Origin: Eledone cirrhosa
Taxonomy: Eukaryota
Length of the DNA: 64,000 nt
Direction: 5' to 3'
Assembly: GCA_964016885.1 (NCBI GenBank)
Contig: OZ024760.1
Location: forward strand, 29,140,001 to 29,204,000
Numbering within the stretch: position 1 is the first letter of the stretch; every line of letters starts with the position of its first letter. Positions 53,925 through 64,000 of the stretch are shown here, one piece after another. The notes below the pieces were generated by a model. The model was not told where the DNA came from. It made no database searches and was given only the letters and a program-made list of their open reading frames with translations. Position numbers and translations under genes: made by a program.

Positions 53925-54008
53925 GATGTCCAAGTATCAGCTCCTCTATGATAGGATTTGTGGTTGAGCCTGTAGCGGTGGAGACTTCCTGTGTTCTTGG
54001 CCCCCTGA
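53925..54008 (+). mobile_element. Possible CRE/R2-group endonuclease fragment
   Basis: SKYQLLYDR / EPVAVETSCVLGP across a frameshift resembles the PxAVETxGxxG motif; the match is short. Confidence 0.35.
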
Positions 54009-54009
54009 T

Positions 54010-55700
54010 CATGTAGGGGTCATGACAAAAAGCACCCAGTACACACTGTAAAGTGGTTGTGTAGATGTCAACAAAAACACCCAGTCCAAACTGTAAAATG
54101 GTTGTGTAGGTGTCACAACAAAAGCACCCAGTCCACACTGTAAAATGGTTGTGTAGGTGTCACAACAAAAGCACCCAGTCCACACTGTAAAATGGTTGTG
54201 TAGGTGTCACAACAAAAGCACCCAGTCCACACTGTAAAATGGTTGTGTCGGTGTCACAACAAAAGCAACCAGTCCAGACTGTAAAATGGTTGTGTAGGTG
54301 TCACCACAAAAGCACCCAGTCCACACTGTAAAATGGTTGTGTAGGTGTCACAACAAAAGCACCCAGTCCACACTGTAAAATGGTTGTGTAGGTGTCACAA
54401 CAAAAGCACCCAGTCCACACTGTAAAATGGTTGTGTCGGTGTCACAACAAAAGCAACCAGTCCAGACTGTAAAATGGTTGTGTAGGTGTCACCACAAAAG
54501 CACCCAGTCCACACTGTAAAATGGTTGTGTACGTGTCACAACAAAAGCACCCAGTCCACACTGTAAAATGGTTGTGTAGGTGTCACCACAAAAGCACCCA
54601 GTCCACACTGTAAAATGGTTGTGTAGGTGTCACAACAAAAGCACCCAGTCCACACTGTAAAATGGTTGTGTAGGTGTCACAACAAAAGCACCCAGTCCAC
54701 ACTGTAAAGTGGTCATGTAGGTGTCACAACAAAAGCACCCAGTCCACACTGTAAAGTGGTTGTGTAGGTGTCAACAAAAGCACCCAGTCCACACTGTAAA
54801 GTGGTCATGTAGGTGTCACAACAAAAGCACCCAGTCCACACTGTAAAGTGGTCATGTAGGTGTCACAACAAAGGCACCCAGTCCACACTGTAAAGTGGTT
54901 GTGCAGGTGTCACAACAAAAGCACCCAGTACACACTGTAAAGTGGTTGTGTAGGTGTCACAACAAAAGCACCCAGTCCACACTGTAAAATGGTTGTGTAG
55001 GTGTCACAACAAAAGCACCCAGTCCACACTGTAAAGTGGTCATGTAGGTGTAACAACAAAAGCACCCAGTCAACACTGTAAAGTGGTTGTGTAGGTGTCA
55101 CAACAAAAGCACCCAGTCCACACTGTAAAGTGGTTGTGTAGGTGTCAACAAAAGCACCCAGTCCACACTGTAAAGTGGTCATGTAGGTGTCACAACAAAA
55201 GCACCCAGTCCACACTGTAAAGTGGTCATGTAGGTGTCACAACAAAGGCACCCAGTCCACACTGTAAAGTGGTTGTGTAGGTGTCACAACAAAAGCACCC
55301 AGTCAACACTGTAAAGTGGTTGTGTTGGTGTCACAACAAAAGCACCCAGTCCACGCTGTAAAGTGGACATGTAGGTGTCACCACAAAAGCACCCAGTCCA
55401 CACTGTAAATTGGTTGTGTTGGTGTCACAACAAAAGCACCCAGTCCACGCTGTAAAGTGGACATGTAGGTGTCACCACAAAAGCACCCAGTCCACACTGT
55501 AAAGTGGTCATGTAGGTGTCACAACAAAAGCACCCAGTCCACTCTGTAAAGTGGTTGGCATTTGAACGGCATCCAGCTGTAGAAATATAGCCAGAAATAG
55601 TTATGAGCAAGACATGGTTACATGATCTGACTTGTCTCTAATAGGACAACCTGACTAACCCATGCTAGTGTGGATAATGGACATTAACCAATGATGATGA
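54010..55700 (+). repeat. 47-bp tandem array (~33 copies) expanded inside a family C SINE, whose tail follows at 55550-55700
   Basis: Unit gtaggtgtcacaacaaaagcacccagtccacactgtaaaatggttgt; single or double copies at ~685-720, ~28910-28985 and ~44650-44690. Confidence 0.92.
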
Positions 55701-55789
55701 TGTGGGTGAGTGTACATATGTGTGTGTAGATGTATATATGTGTGTGTGTAGATGTACATGTGTGTGTGTGAGTGTATAATAATAATAAT

Positions 55790-55977
55790 TGTTTCTACTT
55801 TTGGCACAAGGCCAGCAAATTACCCAGAGCATTACTGGTACTTTATTTTATCGACCCCGTAAGGATGAAAGGCAAAGTTAACCTCGGCGGGATTCGAACT
55901 CAGAATGGCAAGGGCCGTAACTCTATACGTCAAAGCATGGCATCCGACCCTCTACCGATACTGCCAATCCACCGCCC
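55790..55977 (-). mobile_element. SINE family B, full length, 18-bp TSD
   Basis: gtgtataataataataat at 55772-55789 and 55978-55995. Confidence 0.88.
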
Positions 55978-56694
55978 GTGTATAATAATAATAATAATGA
56001 GAATTATTGTGTACAGTGCTCAGTCACTGCGTGTGTATATGTATAGATCTATACCAGAACGCACAGACACACACACAGAACACAGACACGGAACACAGAC
56101 ACACAGTCACACACACACACACACGGAACACAGACACACAGTCTCACACACACACACACAGAACAAACAAAGTAAACACACACCACACATACCACACACC
56201 ACGCACCACACCACACCACGCCACACACCACACACCACACCACACACCACATCACACACCACACCACTCCACCAATTGAGACTATATCAACTGGTATTTA
56301 TCAGACACTATTGTACTAACACAAACATTATAACTGTCTGTCTTTAATTATTAATTAATATTTAAATAATTAATTACTCCAAATGAATACCAATTACTGA
56401 CTCTTCTACAAACCATAGTAGTAGTAGTAGTGGTGGTAGTGGTGGTAGTAGTGGTAGTAGTAGTGGTGGTGGTGGTGGTGATGGTAGTTGTAGTAGTAAT
56501 GGTAGTAGTAGTGGTGGTGACGGTGGTAGTAGTAGTAGTAGTGGTGGTGGTGGTCGTAGTAGTAGTAGTGGTGGTGGTGGTGGTGGTAGTAGTGGTAGTA
56601 GTAGTAGCAGTGTTAGTGGTGGTAGAAGTGTTAGTGGTGGTAGTAGTAGTGGTAATGGTGGTAGTAGTAGTGTTAGTGGTAGTTGTGGTACAGC

Positions 56695-57385
56695 ATTATA
56701 GTACAGTATAGTATCTATAGTATAGAACAGTACTATAGTGCAGTGCAGCTTGTCGTACAGTCCTATAGTACAGTACAGCTTGTAGTACAGTACTATAGTA
56801 CAGTACAGCTTATAGTACAGTACTATAGTACAGTACAGCTTATAGTACAGTACAACTTATAGTACAGTCCTATAGTACAGTACAGCTTATAGTACAGTAC
56901 TATAGTACAGTACAGCTTATAGTACAGTACTATAGTACAGTACAGCTTATAGTACAGTACTATAGTACAGTACAACTTATAGTACAGTCCTATAGTACAG
57001 TACAGCTTATAGTACAGTCCTATAGTACAGTACAGCTTATAGTACAGTACTATAGTACAGTACAGCTTATAGTACAGTACTATAGTACAGTACAGCTTAT
57101 AGTACAACTTATAGTACAGTCCTATAGTACAGTACAGCTTATAGTACAGTATAGCTTATAGTACAGTACTATAGTACAGTACAGCTTATAGTACAGTATA
57201 GCTTATAGTACAGTACAGCTTATAGTACAGTATAGCTTATAGTACAGTACAGCTTATAGTACAGTCCTATAGTACAGTACAGCTTATAGTACAGTACAGC
57301 TTATAGTACAGTACAGCTTATAGTACAGTACAGCTTATAGTACAGTACTATAGTACAGTACAGCTTATAGTAGAGTACTATAGTG
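56695..57385. repeat. Minisatellite of 13/17-bp units (tatagtacagtac / tatagtacagtacagct)
   Basis: A 30-bp dimer period is visible as YYKLYCTIVL repeats. Confidence 0.9.
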
Positions 57386-57591
57386 TAGTTTAAAGTGCAG
57401 TATGGTATTGCAGGACTGGTTGTTAGTCACACCAGTTAATCATCAGTTGATAGATATCTACCTATGACATATATAATACTACCTCTCTCTATATATTACT
57501 ACCTCTCTCTACCTCTCTATATATATTACTGCCTCTCTCTATCTACCTCTCTCTCACTCTCTCTCTAATTAATTATTTATTTATTTATATA

Positions 57592-57669
57592 CAGGGTGTC
57601 CCCCCAAAATGTATACACTCTTCAAGAGCATTCTAATCAAAATGTGTATACATTTTTGGGCACACCCTG
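57592..57669. mobile_element. 78-bp Tc1/mariner-type mini-MITE
   Basis: TA|CAGGGTG...CACCCTG|TA with ~26-bp TIRs. Confidence 0.82.
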
Positions 57670-57719
57670 TATAAATATATATATATATCACTCACAACTC
57701 GTCCACCACCTTCCTTTTT

Positions 57720-60880
<3,161 letters not shown>

Positions 60881-60955
60881 TATAGAGTTAGTTATAAGAA
60901 GGTTTTGATTTCCAAACAAAAGTGTGTAAAATAATACTACATACATTGTGTCGAC

Positions 60956-60990
<35 letters not shown>

Positions 60991-61842
60991 TTATGTGTGG
61001 AGCTGGAAATAGTGAAGCAATTACTCTGGCAAGCCCCTCATCTTTCAGATATACTCGGCAAGTTATGTCTATAAATGTAACATAAGACACCACACTAGAG
61101 TAACTTTTGATAGTGTTGTCATTTTGAAATATTAGATATATTTATAGGCATATATTATAGCTATGTAGTTATATGGTATATATATATATATATATATATA
61201 TATTTACATGATATTATATTTGAATAATAATAATAATAATATATATATATATATATAAAACAAGGATAAATTGTTGCATGATAATGGTAAATATATATAG
61301 ATATGTTTAAAAATACATACATACACACTTACATACACACACACACACACACACACAGTTAGCTTGATAAGTAAATCTATTCCTATCCCTTGCAACACAC
61401 CTCACTCCATCCACCACATGCTGTCCATATAAAATTCACATTCGATTAACCCTTTTGTGACCATATTATTTCAATTAATTGAAGAATCTTGAGTGATTTA
61501 CTAATATTTTTATTTCATTACTTAGATTAAGAACTTAAAATATGTAAAGTCATGTTGGAAGATTTTAAAATGTGGTTTTATTTTCATAGAACCAGAGCTG
61601 GTTTTGGCCAAGCTGTTATCAAATGTTCCAAGGTGGTGGTGGTGGTTTGGGGAAGGGTGATGATTTTATAAGAAAACTTTCTCAATAGATCTCTCCCTCT
61701 ATATATATATACTTGTGCATTCAAAACATATTTGGTTGTGAAACCCTCATGGAATTCGCCCAACAAATCCCAAATATCCAGAGATCTCTTAGCTGTATTT
61801 TACAGTAAATTCCAACCACCCCTCATTTTAAAAAAACTTTAA

Positions 61843-62262
61843 CCCTTTTTCTGGTGATATTTCTAATGAAATCCATTGTATTTGTCTTGACAAAGAATTC
61901 AGAGTGATTTACTAAAATTATGATTTCCTTATTAAGATTGCTGTAACTTAACAAATGGTTCTTTATATAGAAATTAATTTTGGAAGATTTTAATTTAAAT
62001 TGGAAGGAACCATTTAAAATGGTTTGATTTGTTACAACATAAAACAGAGGTCAGTTTGGGGGTAGGTTGGTATCAAAAGGGTTAACCCTTTGTTACAACA
62101 TAAAACTGGGGTCAATTTTGGGTAGGCTGCTATCAAAAGGGTTAACCCTTTGTTACAACATAAAACTGGGGGTTAATTTGGGGTAGGCTGCTATCAAAAG
62201 GGTTAACTCTTTGTTACAACATAAAACTGGGATCAATTTAGGGTAGGTTGGTATCAAAAGGG
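61843..62262 (+). mobile_element. Second piggyBac-like MITE family member followed by three ~56-bp mini-copies
   Basis: TTAA|CCCTTTT at 61839 and AAAAGGG|TTAA at 62082, 62142, 62203 and 62263; relatives at ~20425-20640 and ~61446-61625. Confidence 0.75.
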
Positions 62263-63125
62263 TTAACTAATACTTACAACACATATTTCTAATGAAATAC
62301 ACTTATTTGGATTAATTAATTAATCAAGAATTTGGTGTGATTTATTAAAATTATTAACTATTTCATTATTAATAAAATACAAACACAAATATAATACACA
62401 AAAACATAAAGTAACATAGAGAAAAAAGGGAGACAATTCAGGACAATTGGTCCCACATCCCATCATCAGGGTTAACTAAACACTTTGAGGCAATACAATC
62501 ACAGCCCCTTCCTCACCCACAGTATAATCTTTACTGACTCCTGGCAGGTCTGTAGACACAGGGTTTCAAACCACTGCATTATATATTATACACCTTAGCA
62601 CATGTATATATATAGATATATATACATGTACTATACACCCTAGTTCATCTCTTCTTCTTTTTCTTCTTCTTTTTCTTCTTTTTCTTCTTTTTCTTCTTCT
62701 TCATCTCTTCTTTTTCATCTTCTTCTTCTCCTGTTTCTCCTTTTTCTTTTGCCTTTTTCTTCTTCTTCTTCTTCTTCTTCTTCTTCTTCTTCTTCTTCTT
62801 CTTCTTCCATTTCTATTATTATTATATATGTTTGTTCTATTGAATGCATGTTAAAATTACAAACTATATCTGCTTTCCATGTAAAATATTAAATGCTTAT
62901 GTATGAAATATTCTAAATTTTATTTAGTTTTTTTCTCTTAAACTTTTTTTTACCAAATATTTAGGGTATAAAACGATAGTGTAGAGTTACATTAACACAG
63001 ACATATATATATTTATTTACACACACATATATATACACACACACACATATTTATTACACACATATATATACACACACACACACATATATATATATTTATT
63101 TACACACATATATATACACACACAG

Positions 63126-63212
<87 letters not shown>

Positions 63213-63296
63213 TATATATAGAGAGATAGTCCAGAAATATACACACAGACACATATATATACATACATATATATATATACACACAGACACATATAT

Positions 63297-63353
<57 letters not shown>

Positions 63354-64000
63354 CACACAGATATATATACACACACATACACATATATATATATTTACAC
63401 ACATATACATACACACACACACACACATATATATATATAGAGATAGTCCAGAAATAGCCGTCGAAACAGCTTGGGCTCTGCCGTCGTCGGGGTCATACTT
63501 TTTCCTATATATATATAGATAGATACACAAACACACACACATATATATATATATTTACACACACATACACACACATATATATATATAGAGATATGAAATA
63601 AATTGCAACTTTTACCTTAAACTATTTCCTATAAACACAGTGTGTATATATTTAGCTCTAACTAAAATATAGGGAGAGTTGTTTAAGTTACTTTCCCTCT
63701 TTAGTTATCAACATTTTCATATTTTAGAAAGCAAACCTATTTTCACAATCAGCCTCAAAGATACAACATTTTGGTTTTTAAATATTTGTTCTACATTGGT
63801 TGAAAAACAAATGTAAATATTTCTAAAACAATGCTATATGTATAGCAGGGTATGTATATATATATATATATATATATAAATTGAAATTCTATAGTACGAT
63901 ATCTGTGTATATATATATATATATATATATAAGTTAAGGAAACACAAAACGAACAAATAAGATGATGCTATAACATAGAGTGAATTATTTTCACGCTATA

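Overview
Repeat-dense, AT-rich animal genomic DNA; the SINE families, extreme (TA)n/(CA)n load and very long intron suggest an octopod cephalopod, which is inferred from recalled repeat families and not searched. The only supportable host gene is a + strand Patj/MPDZ-family multi-PDZ scaffold. It is seen as three phase-0 GT-AG exons (9409-9582, 46001-46384, 48506-48748) that splice in frame into two PDZ domains, the first split by a 36.4 kb intron. The rest appears intronic: RTE, CR1/L2-type, R4/Dong-like and possibly CRE-like LINE remnants, several tRNA-derived SINE families, piggyBac-, hAT-, Tc1/mariner- and Helitron-type non-autonomous elements, and satellites. Four observations stand out. 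(1) A type I hammerhead ribozyme with a complete core lies in the sense orientation of the intron at 47468-47559, with degenerate relatives elsewhere. (2) Six long near-perfect palindromes, several folding back at the stem II position of a hammerhead 3' half, look like Penelope-like remnants. (3) At least nine independent tandem arrays have monomers that are demonstrably internal pieces of LINEs, SINEs or MITEs, most also present unamplified in the window. (4) Inverted repeat pairs bracket stop-free exons whose lengths are multiples of 3. Most ORFs in the supplied track are microsatellite artefacts. Repeat-edge coordinates are approximate (+/- ~10 bp) and TE family names come from motif recognition.
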